Source: Geosiphon pyriformis uo1 (Eukaryota; Fungi; Glomeromycota). Taken from it: 64,000 bases of DNA. The notes below the pieces were generated by a model, which was not told where the DNA came from, ran no database searches, and was given only the letters and a program-made list of their open reading frames with translations. Shown here piece after piece: positions 37,825-52,729 of this stretch (position 1 is the first letter of the stretch; each line of letters opens with the position of its first letter). A program made the position numbers and the translations under genes. The stretch lies in contig JAAOMT010000366.1 of NCBI GenBank assembly GCA_016748015.1, forward strand, positions 66,334 through 130,333, read 5' to 3'.

Positions 37825-40329
37825 TTTTCTTTAGCCAATAGATTTTCCCAATTAGTCTTAAATGAGCATGATTATAGTTGACATCTCTATTAAAAAGGAT
37901 CATGATGCGCTCGTTTTATGACGAATCACCAGCTGCCGAATCATGTAGGCTACATTCATCATTTTATATATGCATCACAGCAACTCCGCGTCATAATTAA
38001 TACATGTATCAGACAAAGAGATTCCGAGTCAGTCCCACATGATTCTATGCTGAAAAAGATATCAAGAACCAAATCTAATTATTGTTAGTAAAATGATGAT
38101 CAGGCAGCAGATAAATATAAAAAAGTGTGGGGTAAATCGACGGTTTTAGTGTAGGGGTAACCATAATCAGTTCTATTTTTTTTTATTTTTTTTTATTTTG
38201 AAATGAGCGATATTTAAGATGGGGCGTATGATTTATAAATTAAATCTCACAGCGGAATGTACCCCGCATTTTTTGGTCAATATTGTTTGCTGGTACATGA
38301 TCACTGCATAAAAAACCTGATTCAAATGAAGATTAGATAAAAACGCCAACTATCGTGAGAAAAAGTAGTTGAAATTTTTTTTTTACTTAAACTGGGGAGT
38401 ACTATAATTATCTTTGAGAATCTAGGAAAAGTGAAAATGAGTGTAGGACGACAAATTAAATATCGTTTCCACTTTCTATCCCCCCACTAAAAGGTCAATT
38501 GAATACGCATAGATATTATAATTTGGTATTAGTGCATGTAAAACTCTAAGATATTTATTAAAAGTTGTGTTGATGAAATATGAGGTTGATATATCATTGT
38601 ATAGAAGGTATCTAAAAAAAAATTTAAATGTATATAAATCCTCATACATAATCTTTTTTCATTAAAACACCCCCACTTAGCATATGCCAAGAAAAATTCA
38701 ATTTCGTTTTTTAAACTTTAATAATTATATGCTTCCTAAAATATACACTTTTGATTCAAACCTGAACTTATTAAGATCTTAGATCATGGGCTCTTTTTTA
38801 AGAAAAGATAGAACAACTAAAACATAAACTTGAAAAAATCATCATCCATTTTTTGAAAACAGTTGAATTGTGTTGATTTAAAGTTTTTTTTTAATTTAAC
38901 AGATAAAATAAATAAAAAATTAATTAAGCTTAAAAAAATGAAAAATTAATAGATTTTTTATTAAGAGATCTTTGTGTTTTTAATATATATAGCTTTATCT
39001 GGATTTCCACCTCTTTGTATGCTCACACAATCACAATTTTATGCCTCTTCCATTTAAGACCTTTCTATTAGAATCCTAAATTTAGGCACACCAGTCATGC
39101 TTGCATATTTTAAATGTTGGTGGAAGATTTTAGGCAAATTTAATTCTACTCATATTTAATTGACTAAATGTTACAACGATAAGTTTTGATTTTAAGATTG
39201 TAGCTTTCATAAATTCAGTCGCTTTCAAGAAGACGGTATATATGAAAGCAAATAAATATTTGAACTTGAAAACATTTATCTTTTTCTTACCACTGCGCCG
39301 TCAATATCTGACAAAAGAATCTTATATCATCTAATTTCAATGATTTAATTCATTACACTAAAAGTTCCTGTTGATATGATTTTTGAAAACCTGATTAAAG
39401 AAAGAAATTTATGTTTAAATATTTTACCGAAAACATTTTCATTAAGGTGATTATTAAAAAAGCTACTTCTGAGAATATTCAAGGACTATTTAAATTTTAA
39501 AGCTATTATGGTCTTTCAAAGATGATGAATTCTTGATGCTTTAATAAGATTCATTGACTTGAAATATTTGTTTTTTTTTTCTCTGATAAAATAAAGTTTC
39601 ACCATTTCAAGTAAACACAGATGTTTGGATATTTTCAAGTTTTGCTCGGTATCCCTTTCTAATATTCTCTCTGCATTTATTTCTTGCAAATCCAATATAT
39701 AAGGATCAAATATCATAATCAAAATATTTTGTGCCTAGGGTCTAAATGAATAATCCTTCAAAGAAAAGCTGCATTTCTTAGTGATTATAAGCACTCTTTA
39801 CAAGATTAAACCAACAATAGTCTCATTAAGACCACACCCGTGTATTTCATCAAACGGTTAACTTGAAAGTGAGTATTAAATTCCAAGCGAAGAGTAATAT
39901 AATTGTGTTTAAAGAATCGCCTCTAATTTTCATCAGCTTACGGTGAGTACATAGAGATATTAAATTAAAAATTGTATTTCAACTCCAAGATCAATCTTTG
40001 CACATAATGTGTATTGGGCTCGACAAAAGCTTTCAGCTTATCGAGATGTTCGTAAAGAGAGGAATGACAACTTTCTGGCACAATGGGAAATCCCCAGAAA
40101 TATCTTTGATGCTGGCCCAACCCAAAGATTTATACACGCTAATATTATATGCAATTATATCCTCAAATTGTAAATATAAAGGCGAAGGATGTTTAAGAAA
40201 ACATATTCTATTTTTTTCATTATATTTTCAACCAAAAGAATCACAAATCGAATATACGAATTTAGTTTAGTATTTAACAAAAGAATCAACTGCGTTTAGA
40301 TTTGCTGTACCCCCCATAAGTCGGAGAAC

Positions 40330-43300
40330 TCTCACTAGATTCTTCTTTCTCGCACAAAATACTTAAATTGCGATAGCCTCTTTGTAGCATTTGAAAAATA
40401 TGTCTTCAACTTCATTAATTGGAAATCCCATTTCACCTTTCGACTGGCTTGAAAAATCAATTCAAGAGGGAAATATTAAACTTTTTAAGTATGACGAATT
40501 TCATAGCATTCAGAGAATTGGACAGGGTGGATTTGGAGAGGTTTTCAGTACCAAGTTGAAAAGAGGCAGCAACGATATGCAATTCGCATTAAAATATTTA
40601 AAACAGTCCTCGAATAGTGATATATTTGAAATACAGGAATTTATTAAAGAAGTATGTATTCCATCTATATTAACGCTTTCAAAATTTAAAATCCTAATGA
40701 AAAAGATTATGAAACTAACTTATTCTTTATAGATGCAGTTTTTCAGAACAGTCGGCTATTTTCCAAATATTATTCAGTTCTTTGGTGTCACAAGAAATTT
40801 AAGCCAAGGTAAAATTTTAAGATTTATTAAAGAATAAAAATTTGAATTATCATTTAAAATGGAAGGCTGGTTTTCAAGCCTATAATAGGTACTCTAAATA
40901 AATATATGCTCGTCTTGGAATACGCAAATGGAGGAACTCTGCGTCAATATCTACAATCAAACATTTCTAACATGGATAGTACTGAGAAATTGCGACTTGC
41001 AAATGAAATGGCCAGTCGGATTACCTGTATCCATGCAGAAAATATTATTCACAGAGATCTTGTGAGTAAAATCTTTAGTTAATAGAGGCAATTTGTTTCT
41101 TCAATACTAAACTCACAATATTCATTTATCTTTTTTAAACTATATTCACAAAAAAGAATTCTTTAAGCATCTTGATTCACAATAATTCGATAAAAATTTC
41201 GGATCTTGGACTTGCCAAAAATCTAAAAGATATAACTGGAGAATCTTCGAAGGTTTTTGGGCAAATTTTTTATATTGAGCCTCAGTGTCTACTCAATGAT
41301 AAACATATTCGAAATGAAAAATTTGATATATAGCACTTGGCGTACTTTTATGGGAGTTATCAAGTGGACGCCCTCCATGTTTTAATATAGGGTCTATAGT
41401 ATATGTAGGTCGAGAAACGCCAATTCAAAATACTCCTGCAAAGTATGTTAAACTTTACGCTGAATGTTGGGATAATTCACCCCAAGTTCGAAACAATAGA
41501 TAATAGTTTTAGTAATTACACCACTATCAGCTTAAGTGGCATATCTATTATATCTAGTGAGGCTGGAAATTTAGATATACAGAAAAATCTTGAACAGTCT
41601 TATGAAAAGGAATTAAGAACAACGAAAAACCCAGAAAAAGCATTTGAGCTCTACTCAAAAGCAGCAGAAGCAGGAAATTCATTTGCACAGATCAATCTTG
41701 GGATTTGTTATTGCAATGGAATAGGAACAACGAAAAACTTTGAAAAAGCGTTTGAGCTCTACTCAAAAGCAGCAGAGACGGGTGACTTAAATGCACAGAC
41801 CAATCTTGGGTTTTGTCATTACAATGGAACAGGAACAATGAAAAACTTTGAAAAAGCGTTTGAGCTCTACTCAAAAGCAGCAGAAGCAGGAAATTCATTT
41901 GCACAGAATATTTTGAATGGCTTTATGAAAATGAATCGGAAACAAAAAAAATCTTGTAATATTGTTTGAACCTTCATTTTAGCAGCATTAAATCTTTTTT
42001 CCCATTTCCAATATCAAATATCAAAATTGAATGTCAGCTCTATTTTTATCTACATTTATTTATAACAACACTCCTACACCTAACCAAAAAAAAATCAGTT
42101 TTTTTTACCTTTTGCTCTAAAATTAAGCATATTCATATACTCTCTAGGATTAAGTAATCCTTTCTTAAAATTATCCACCAAAAAATGTGTATAGCAAAAA
42201 ATACTATATTTCGGTGCTGATTCATGGGGTAACTCTATCATCAAACACTAACACTAATAATTTTTCAAAAATATTTTATTTTTATAAATCTGCTGACTTT
42301 TCAATTCATTGTTGAGATTATTTTTAAATATCAACTTACAAAGCAAAAAATAAGTTTTAAAAAAAGACTTCATGCCTTATCCTTAAAACTTTTATTAATC
42401 GAAATATCTTATTGTTGTAGGTTATGTTTAATTCTCTAAGAATAATCAATTAGATTTGCTCTGAGTGTATCAAGAATTAGAAGAGAAGGTGGATTGTAAA
42501 AGATTATCTCTTGGTCTATCTATTTTAGAGTATTTTGTGTTCATCAAACCATTCTACCCATTGGTAAGAAAATCTTCAAAGAAGTTGTGTCTATATTAGA
42601 TGTACTAATAAATTAAAAGAATAATCATTCGATCCATCAATATAAGAAAGATTTGTCTAAATATTTTGCTACCGCTGTGCAAGCTATGCTAACTAGAGAT
42701 TTTTTATGTCTTGTAAATTTTAAATTCAAAAGTTTGTGCAAGCAGTGATACCCTTAGTAAACACCAGAGTTTATAATCTAATTAAATCAGTTTTTTGAAT
42801 TATAAATACTTAGACGACTGGTCTTTATGAGACTTGGAACAACTTTAATTAACTTATCTTTTTTTTAGCCACTATCTTAAATATTTTGGTCCAATACTAA
42901 AGCTTCGCTAGTTTTGAAAAAGTTTTTATGTGTCAGTTACTAATCATAAGTATTTTTTTGATATCCTATTGCTTTGCAAAACATGCTTTCAGACCCATCT
43001 TTGAAGAATATTTGTCATATATAATATATTAATTATTTAAAAAGATTACTATATCTTCTTTGACCATGTTATTTTCTATGAACTTAATTTTTATCTTAAG
43101 TACCTGGGTACTCTAAAGAATATACTTTGTCAATGTCTTTCTCCATTCTTTTATAAATTATAAATTAACATTCAATTTCGTAAAGAGTTCAAAATAATAA
43201 ATAAAGAATAGTTCATCTTATATTAAATGGCTTTAAAAATTCCGCCAAGATCGAAATCAAGGACATATAATTCAATATCATTTATAGAATATAAACAGAA

Positions 43301-44000
43301 AACTCGGAGATTAAAAATACTTGATTTTTATTTTTTTAAACTCTTATACTGTTTGGAGTACATGTAGTTTGTGAAAAAAGGATATGGTCTTAAATGTATA
43401 TTTTATGATATTTGTAAATCGCAAAAACGAAATTTGGCTTATTCCACAAAATTGTTAACCTAAATCCTAAAAACTAAGGAATCTGTCTTTATCTTAGACA
43501 AATGCTTTTCAATATTTATCTTAACTACTATTGTTTCTCATTTTCATATCGTGTTAGAAGTTTTTGAATAGTTACTATATATTGAAAAGTATAAGTTTTT
43601 TGCATAACTATTTAGGTTTTCCTAAAGTAATTAGTCTTTTAAGGTTTTAGACAATATTTAACAAAAATTAAAAATATTTAAAAATTTAGATATCTTCAAC
43701 TTTTGGCTTTACGAATTGCTATAAAATTTTTAAACAAGATTAAACACATAATATGAATTTCGGTTTGAAGGTCAAGAAATTTTTGTTTGAATTTATTAAA
43801 CATTGCCTGAAATCTCCACATTTAGCCTGTTAAAAGTATAATTATTTCTATAATTTTTGGAAAGAAATTGTGACGTAAATTTCATTGATTGAAGATAGGC
43901 CACTTGAAGAGATACATTGACTAATAATAATAACATCTAATTGAAAAAGAAGTATTTATTTTATCCTATTTAATGCTAAAGTATATTAATTGAATAAACA
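40330..44000 (+). repeat. Segmental duplication, copy B (inverted relative to 4750-9092)
   Basis: Collinear with the reverse complement of copy A. It lacks ~330 bp (A 6520-6850) and has ~165 extra bp (~42440-42603). Confidence 0.9.
40400..41969 (+). pseudogene. Disrupted paralogue of the kinase-SEL1 gene, with 3 SEL1 repeats
   Basis: Same exon layout: 40400-40651, 40733-40808, 40889-41061, 41157-41969. A 1-nt deletion creates TAG at 41331-41333. A ~68-nt deletion at ~41490 removes the kinase C-terminal helix. The catalytic loop HRDLNSLS has lost its Asn. Ends KKSCNIV*. Confidence 0.9.
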
Positions 44001-45198
44001 CAAAATCCTTTTTATTGGTTAATCTTTAACAGAATATCTATAAGAAAGTTCTACAAAGGACTTCTTCTATATTTAATATCAAAAATACTAATAATTGAAT
44101 CTGAATATCTTTATTGAATTTTGAAACTAGTTCTAAATTAAAATTCATATTAAAATTAGAAAATTAGAAAATTAATAATTCATTTGCTCCTTTGAGTTTC
44201 AATAAGTATTTCAGCTTCAAGATATTTATGCACACTTGAAAAATTGATATCGGCCTCATTTAGATAACTTATGCGATAAAGTAAGGTATTTTATTTACTC
44301 CCAAGTCAGCAAATTAAAATTTCTTCGCTTTAGAAATAATTAATATTGTGTTTAGGTTTACTTAATTCTGACTGAATAAATTCAATCAAGAATTTTTATA
44401 TTTTCAAATGAAGATTTCTCTAGTTTTAAAATTTTATGCAAGTTTAAAAGTTTTTGGTTTCAAGACGAAAAAATAACAAATGAAATTGCTAGAAGTTCTC
44501 GATTTGGTTGAATATTTGCTATGCTTCTTTGTTGATTTGAAGCCGTTGAATAGATTTTAGCATAACTGTATTATATTATCTGTGGACAGTATAATTATTA
44601 TTTGTAAAAAGCTAAACGCTTTAAAGACTATTTCCCAATTTATTATAAAAAAAGTTATTCCTATGAAGTTTCATGTATTAAATTGACTAAAGATAACATC
44701 TTTAAATAATCAAATATAGTTCAATCGCACATAATAGAACTTTTAGTTTTAGCTGTTTCATCATAAAATGATCGCAAGTAAGAATATGATTTCTTAAAAT
44801 AATTATACTTAAAATCCACAAACAAAATAAAAATTATATTAAATATATATTTGCATTTCTAAAATTTCTTTTAACATATTTGCTTTTAAAATGTTGATTA
44901 ATGTCTTAGGTGAGTTTATATATCTAATATTCCTTTTAATTTCTTTCTAATATTTTAAATCAGAAAAAAATGATAAACAATTGGTTTTTTGAATATAAAA
45001 TGGAAATTATTTATTAAATTAACAAATTTTACAAAAATCTTTTAAAACAAACAAATTTATGTTCAAGTTATATATAATTCTTAAAGACCTTTTTCTTGAA
45101 TGAAAAATAAATGTTTAAGACAAATAATATCTCTAGGCTAATATTATAATTAAATTTGAAAGAGATAGGTTGAAGTTTCATTCTTTATACAACTAATG

Positions 45199-46482
45199 CA
45201 GTCTGGTAAGAAAAAAATTGGGAGAAATATGAATCTACTAAGATTGCGTTTGGTTTAACCATTTTTGGTAAGTTTTGTGACGGTAAAAATGGAAACAGAA
45301 TATTAGGTAAGTGGCTGAGCTCTAAAAACATTTTCCCGCGTATTAACTAATAGTTTTTTTAAAAACTTGTCTTTGAAATGCCGACTTCAAAGCAAGAAAC
45401 GCAACGGCAAGTCGTATTACATTATTGGAAGCAAGGAATACAAAAGGCAAAAGAAATACAGAATAAAACGAATATACCCCTTTCTAAAATCTATAATATC
45501 CTCAAAAAACTCAAAAAAAAGGAACCATAAAGCATGCGAGTGGTAATGGTCGGCCAAGAAAGATTACGGGAAATTCTTCCAAAATATTAGGGCAAATTAT
45601 TCGTAGAAATTCCTCAGTTTCGTCTGGATATTTAGCAATAAAGTTGGCTAAGAAGGGAATAAATGTTTTTCATGTTACTATTCAAAACCATTTATCCAAC
45701 CTTAATTATAAAAAAATTTTTCCTAGAGCAACTCCAATGCTGACCGAAGAGCATAAGCGAAAACGTGTATAATGGGCCAAAAAACACCTGAACGACGATT
45801 GGAAAAGAACAGTTTTTACTGACGAAACATCTTTTAAACTTTTTCAAAACACGGTAAAACGTTGGCTTAAAGGTACTCGACCAATTCGTCCTATGCCTAA
45901 AGATCGAACAAAAATTCTCGCGTGGGGTAGGGGGGTTTCTACGAAAAAGGAAAGACTAGTTTATTCTGTTTTGTTCAAATAATGAATACTCAATTTTATA
46001 TAGATATTCTTCATACTACTTACCTGAAATTAAGGCAATGCTGGGGGATAATTAACAATTCCAACAAGATAATGACCCTAAGCATACTAGCAAGCTTGCC
46101 AAAGAGTTTATTGCTGAGAATACAACTGATTTTTTGGGGTGGCCATCTAATAGTCCCGACTTAAACCCAATAGAAAACCTATGGGTTATTGTTAAAAAGA
46201 ATTTAAAAAAAAGAATGCCTCAAAATCGTAGTGAATTAGAGAGATTTATGGGGGAAGAGTGGCAAGATATTCCTGAATCTACCTTAATTGGTTTAGTAGA
46301 ATCAATGAGGCGGCGTTGTGAAATGATAATTGAGACAAATGGTGAAAGAATTTCCTATTAATTTTTTTTAAGAAAATTATATGGTATTTGACTTTCTAAT
46401 AAAAGTTGTTTTATGTAATTTGGTACATTAGTTAAGACATAGTAATTATTTTTAAATTTCCAATTTTTTTCTTACCAGACTG
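45199..46482 (+). mobile_element. Tc1-family (DD34E) DNA transposon, full length, inactivated
   Basis: 23-bp TIRs CAGTCTGGTAAGAAAAAAATTGG; flanked by TG on the left and TA on the right. Transposase runs from ATG 45378 to 46361 with GRPRK, VFTDE, FQQDNDPKH and WPSNSPDLNPIENLW, with 34 residues between D and E. It has frameshifts and an in-frame TAA near 45770. Confidence 0.95.
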
Positions 46483-48159
46483 TATATTAATCAATTTTTT
46501 ACAGTTAATATTCAAATAAAATAATTATTAATTAGAATCAGCCTTAAAAACTTTTTAGGTTAAACAAAAGATTACAATTTTATAATGTTTAGAACAAAAA
46601 TTAATTTTAAGAAATTCTAAAATATTTTATTATCGATAGTTGTCCAATAATCTGTAATGTTCAAAATTGCTTGCAGATAAAATTTCTAAATTTTTACTCC
46701 AAGTTTTCAAATGTTAAAAAAAAAGTTCAAATAAAAAATAACTCTTTAAATTTAGAATTTCGATGAAATGCGGTCTTATAACATTACAGATTAAATTTTG
46801 ATTGATTGCTTTAGATCAAACAGTATGACATGTAGTCTGTGGAATATATCATGAATTTTTTTCAAAAAAAAAGCATATGTTCTGATTTAATCTTAAAAAT
46901 TATTATAGTTAAAAGAGCACGCATTTTTCGAGACCAAAAATGTTTTTTCGCTGGAAATAGGGTCATTGAGCCGAATATATGTAAAAGGGAAAAGCCAATG
47001 ACACTACTTATCATCAAAATAAGAGGCAAAAAATTTGAATTTGGATGTTTAATTTAGTTTAGAAAAGGTTGCCTAAAAAAAATTGTCTTATTCTTTTAGT
47101 CTAATATTTAATTAAGTGATTGTAAAAATCGGATATGTCAAAAATTTGAATATATTTATTTCACAAAAATTCGCTCTTATATCCTTTTATAATTAGCTAT
47201 TCTATTTTAATTAGCAAAAATTTGTTTCATCCTCCTATTGAATCTATATATCTTACAAAAATGAGTAAGAATTTGGGACTCACATCCAAAAACATGATTA
47301 AAGCTGATGATCAATTGATTTCACATAACTTGAAAAAACAATAGACTTTTTAGATTCTTTAGTATATATAACTTTAAGGATAATTCCAATTATTCTTATA
47401 TAAGGGAAGCTTTTGTATTTATATAAACCCCTCTTGAAAGCATAAATTTTGAAGATATATACTCAAGATATTAAAATTCAATTTCCAATGGAGTTCTTAA
47501 ATCTTCGATTAGAAACTGCCGAAATTTTCAATCAAAAATCATTAGGATCAAGAATTATCGTTAATTTTTGCCTCTTGAAAAGGATATGGTATCGTAACAT
47601 TGAAATATGCATGTACAAAGTTGGATTTTTTTATGTCCAATCTGTCCTATATAACTTGCAAATAAGATAAAACTTTTCATAGTTACGGCCAAAACTTTCT
47701 CTGGCTAATATAAAAACATGGCGTCAGGTTTATTATTCAACATCTAAATAAAAGTTTTCAATGCTAGCTATCTACATGTATATAATATTGCAACGTAGAA
47801 CATAAAATGGCTGTCTAAAAAGATTACAACAAAAACATTAAAAATGATCAGATAATACATCCACCAAGTACTAATTATCTTACTCGAAAATATTGTTCAA
47901 AAAGGGGTTAAATTACATTACTCAACTATTTCGGAGACATTTGAGAGTATCAGCTACATTATTTATCCTAATGATTATAGAAAGGTACAGAAACATCAAA
48001 ATTCTAATTAAAATAGAACGTTATTAACTAATGAAACGGTTTTTATGTTGTTTTGTAATATTAAATCATTAATATCGTTGTGAAGACTAGTTTGTCACAT
48101 TGGAAATTTTTTTTTTGCATAGGCAAATAATGATAGTTATTAATTTTCAGAAATGCCTG

Positions 48160-48315
48160 CTAAAAATTCAGATGATAATCCCAAATATACTCCAGTCATG
48201 CTAAAAAGATTTTTTATGAAAACATTCTAGAAGTCATAGACTAGCAATCGAATAGTCCTGATTTAAACCCTATCAAAATTTGTGGAGTATTATTAAAACA
48301 AAGGTAGAAATACGC
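48160..48315 (+). mobile_element. Second Tc1 transposase relic
   Basis: 'gatgataatcccaaatatact' (DDNPKYT) and 'tcgaatagtcctgatttaaaccctatc..tgtggagtattattaaaacaaaggtagaa' (SNSPDLNPI..WSIIKTKVE). Confidence 0.7.
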
Positions 48316-48949
48316 ATTTTGAATATTTGAGAGAAATTAAGATTAGTGTACAAGTATACACAAATTCTGATAAATTTTTAAACTAATTAATTTGATGTCA
48401 GATTTCCAATCAATAACAAAAAGAAACTGAATCCCTCCTCGAAAATCTTTACTCAAATTTCATTAGCCATGTCTATTTACAAGATTTTCTAATTTCATGA
48501 AACACAAAAATACTGTATTTCAACTCAATGTTAACTCGAGAAGTTTTTACATTTCTGAATCTAACAAATAATGCTAAATTAATGATTCCTAATATTTGTG
48601 GAGTTTTTCTCAATCGTTCTGGCAAAATTTTACAATATTTACAGTTAAACCACAAACAATTTTAGTTTTATTTATTTTTCATCCCCTCTTAGAAGACAAA
48701 ATTCTTTTCAAATCACATTGCGGAATGTTTTTCTCGGGTTCAGGAACCCTATACAAGTAACTTATTTTTTTGGAATTTTGGGTTTACTTTTTATCGAGGC
48801 TTCTTTACTTCTATTTTTGAATATTGTATTGTTTTTGAAATTACTTATTTCGATACCAAGGCTAAAATCTTGGTGTAAAGATTATATCATGACTTATATC
48901 ATTGATGAAATCATCTAAAATACTATTTCATATCAACTTAAGATTAAGG

Positions 48950-51900
48950 CCTAATAATATTTAAAAAGTGTGATTAAGAAAATAACGACTTAATTTGTTA
49001 AAATTTAATATTGTTTATTTCTTATTTTAAAAATAAGGAAAAATGATGATTAATTAATTTAATTATGGTAATATAATTTTATATGTTAGCTAATAAATTT
49101 CAAGTTTAATATTAATATTGTTTATTCGATAATTCTCATTAAAATTTAAGTCAATTTTATTTACTAAAAAAAACAAATTGCAGTAGTAAAAAAAGTATTT
49201 TGAGTTATAAACAAACTGATAATTTATACTTTTTTATAACTTTGGAAAGCATTGTTTATATAATAAACAAAAAAATTTATTTAAAATAAAATGCTTAATC
49301 ACATAATATAGGTAACTAATAAATATAAAATAAAATAAATAAAGTAGTTTTTATTAATTTTACAATATATAAGCAAATTTATGAATAATTTTTAATAATA
49401 AATTGCTTACACAATTTTTAAGATTTAAACAACATTATGAATTAATTATAAATTTAATTGATGAAATTGAAAATATTAATATGATTTAATTTTTACTTTA
49501 ATTATAATAAAATTTCAATATTTTATCTGGTTATAATTCAACAAAAATAAAAGATTCAGTTAAAATGCTTTTTAAAACTAAAAGTTATTATTATAAAAAA
49601 CATTAAATTGTTATAAACTAAGAATAATTTGTTAAACACTATTTTAAAAAAAATTTTTAACTGTTTTGATTAAAACAATAAATTTTATGTTTATGAAAAT
49701 ATTTTCTTACTTATAAGATTTTGAAATTATTGATATTCAAATTTTTTTTTAAAAATAAAAATTCAAAAAGTTTAATAAAAAACCCAAAACAAAATTATTA
49801 TAATATTCTTATAGTTTATTTGTAATATTAAACAAATTTTTAATTATACTAAAAATTTATTCTAATTAATTTTTATAATTATATTAGAAAAAACAGTATT
49901 ATTAATATAAGCCAGAAAATATTGACAATATTACAAATTAAGAATAATATTCAATATTATATATTTTCATATTTAGTTTTTTATAATACTATTTACATTA
50001 AATTTAATTTTATTAAAAATTAACACCAAATTATTAACAATAATTAAATAATTTAAAACTATTTTTTAAAAAAAATGTTTCAAAATACTCTGAATTATAT
50101 AATTTTTGTCAAGAACAAAATTTTTTATATATTTAAATATAGCAAACCAAATAGCAGAATTTTAAAATAACAAAAATTTATAAAGTTTAGTTATTTAATA
50201 AAATTTTTTTGTCTTAAACAAAACAAACTTAATATTAGCAATATTGAATTTTGTATTTATCAAATCTTAAATAATTATAGATTTATTAATAAAAAATTTT
50301 ATTATAAAACTTTAAACTTAATGTTTTAATAAACTTAAAAATTAAAAGTTTTAACTTATATAACTTAGATAATTCTTAGTTAATAATATTAATAAAATTA
50401 TAAAACCAAGATTTTACAAAAATTTTATCAATTAAATTATATATATTAATATAAATAAACTTTTATATTAAATTTATATTTTCAATTTTTAGAAATTATA
50501 AAATTTTTCTGAAGATTTTACTATTAAAAACAAATAAAATTTCTTGAAAAAAGTTTATTTTAAACTGTTTATATTCTTAAAATAATATTTTTATTTGTTT
50601 TTGTTTGTTTTTTTTGTAAATAATTAATTATATATTTAAAAAACTATTTAAACCAATTAAAATAGAAACAGTTTTGTAATTAATATTAAAAAAAATCACT
50701 TATATTTGAAACTATTTAATTTGTTATAATATTAATAAGCAATACAAAAAAATAAATATAATTAATAATTTTTAAACATCTTAAAAGTTATTTTATATTG
50801 ATATTTTAACAATAACTATTTATTAAAAAATTACTATTTAAAAGAACAAAAAAGTTTTAATTACAGTATTGGTTTAAGTTAATCTAGTTTTTGAAACAGT
50901 TTTTGCATAAAATTCTAAATTAAGACTAAATTTTATTTTTAAACTATAATTTAATTAACAAAATCTACAAACTACTTTAGATATTTTGTATATATGCTAA
51001 GTTAAATTAATGTTTGTAATAATTATAATACCAAAATTTAAGTAATTAGAATTTAAACCAAAAGTAAAAAATCTTATATTATTAAATTTATTCTTAATCT
51101 AAGATCTGATTTAAATTTTTAAGTTTGTCTTAATAATAATAAAAGTATATTTTTTATTTTTTGTGCTATATTATAATATTTTTTTATTTAATAAAATTTT
51201 ATATTTATGCTAATTAAATATAACTATTTATATATTAAAAAATTAATTTAGCTTAATTTAACAAATTTTATTAGTTTTTAATAATAATTCAATTAATTAC
51301 AATTAAATTAATAATATTATTAAATTTACACAAGACTAAAACAATTATTTTTTTAGAAATGTTTATAAAAATTTTTTTAATAATTATAATTTAATTCAAA
51401 TATATTTCTTGTTTTTTAAAATTATTGTTTATTATAATACTTTTATTTTTAATCAATACTTTGGTTTTTTTTAAAGATAAAAATAGATTTAATAATTTAA
51501 TAATTTTAAAAAAATTATTGTTTTTTTAAAATTATTTACTATTAAGAATAACTTTTTTAATAATTATTACTTTTATACAAGAAATTATAATATGTATTAT
51601 AAAAATTAATATTAAAATTATGTGAAAAAATTATATTATTAAAAATAAAAGATCAGTAGTTAATTTAATTATAATTAAATTATAGTACAGTTCAATTAAA
51701 AATCTAAATTAAAAACAAAAAATTTTTAACAAATCAAAAAACATTAATAAAATTCATGAATTAATATATATGTAATTTAATAATAATAGTTTTATTATGT
51801 TTTAAGATTTTTATACATTTTTGTTTAATCAATTTAATATTTTAGATCTGTAATTATTATTTAAAAGTAATTATTAAAAAATATAATTAATTAATTTGTT

Positions 51901-52697
51901 TTTAATTATATTAATTATAATTATAATTAGTATTAATAATATATAATTAATATTTTAAATCAATTTATTTAAATTTGATTATTTAAATCATTATTTTTTT
52001 TAAAAAATAACATATTAAATAAGTATAAACTAAATAATTAATGTAATTAAAATAATACTAATATAATATGTAGATTTTATATAATTTAATTATATATATA
52101 GCTTTTTTGTAAATTGAAAAAAGTATTAATTTTATATTAAGCCAAATTTTTATTCTAATTTTATTATAAACAGTAAGTTTTTTTTTTATATATTTTTTTT
52201 TCTGTTTTAAATCTTTTTTTATTTTTATATATATATTTATTTTATTATAAACAATTAACTTTGATTATATTATATTTTACTATATTATTAAAAAAATAAT
52301 TTTATTATAATTTTTTTTATTTTTATTTTCTAAATTAGATATTTAAAAACTATATTTTTTTAATAACTAATTAAAAAAATTCTAATTCAACTTTAAAACA
52401 ATAGTTTTGGTTCTTTCTGATAATTTAATTTGTTTTTTGTGTTTTTAGTAAAAGTTTATTATTATTTTTTTAAAAATATATCTAAGCTAATTTTTGTTTA
52501 AAAACAAATAATGATTTTATAATTTTACTATAATAAATATTTTTATAATTTTTTTTTCTTTTTTTTTCTTGTGTATTATAAAATAAATTCATACAACTAT
52601 GTTTATACTGTAATTAAAATAGTAATAATATATAATATATATATTATTAGCTAAAATTATTAATGTTTAATAAAAAATACTTAAACTTATAATTTTA

Positions 52698-52729
<32 letters not shown>

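Noticed and set aside
39000-40270. Coding-like relics upstream of the duplicated kinase
   Set aside because: Multiple stops and no motif I can assign; probably decayed gene or transposon pieces.
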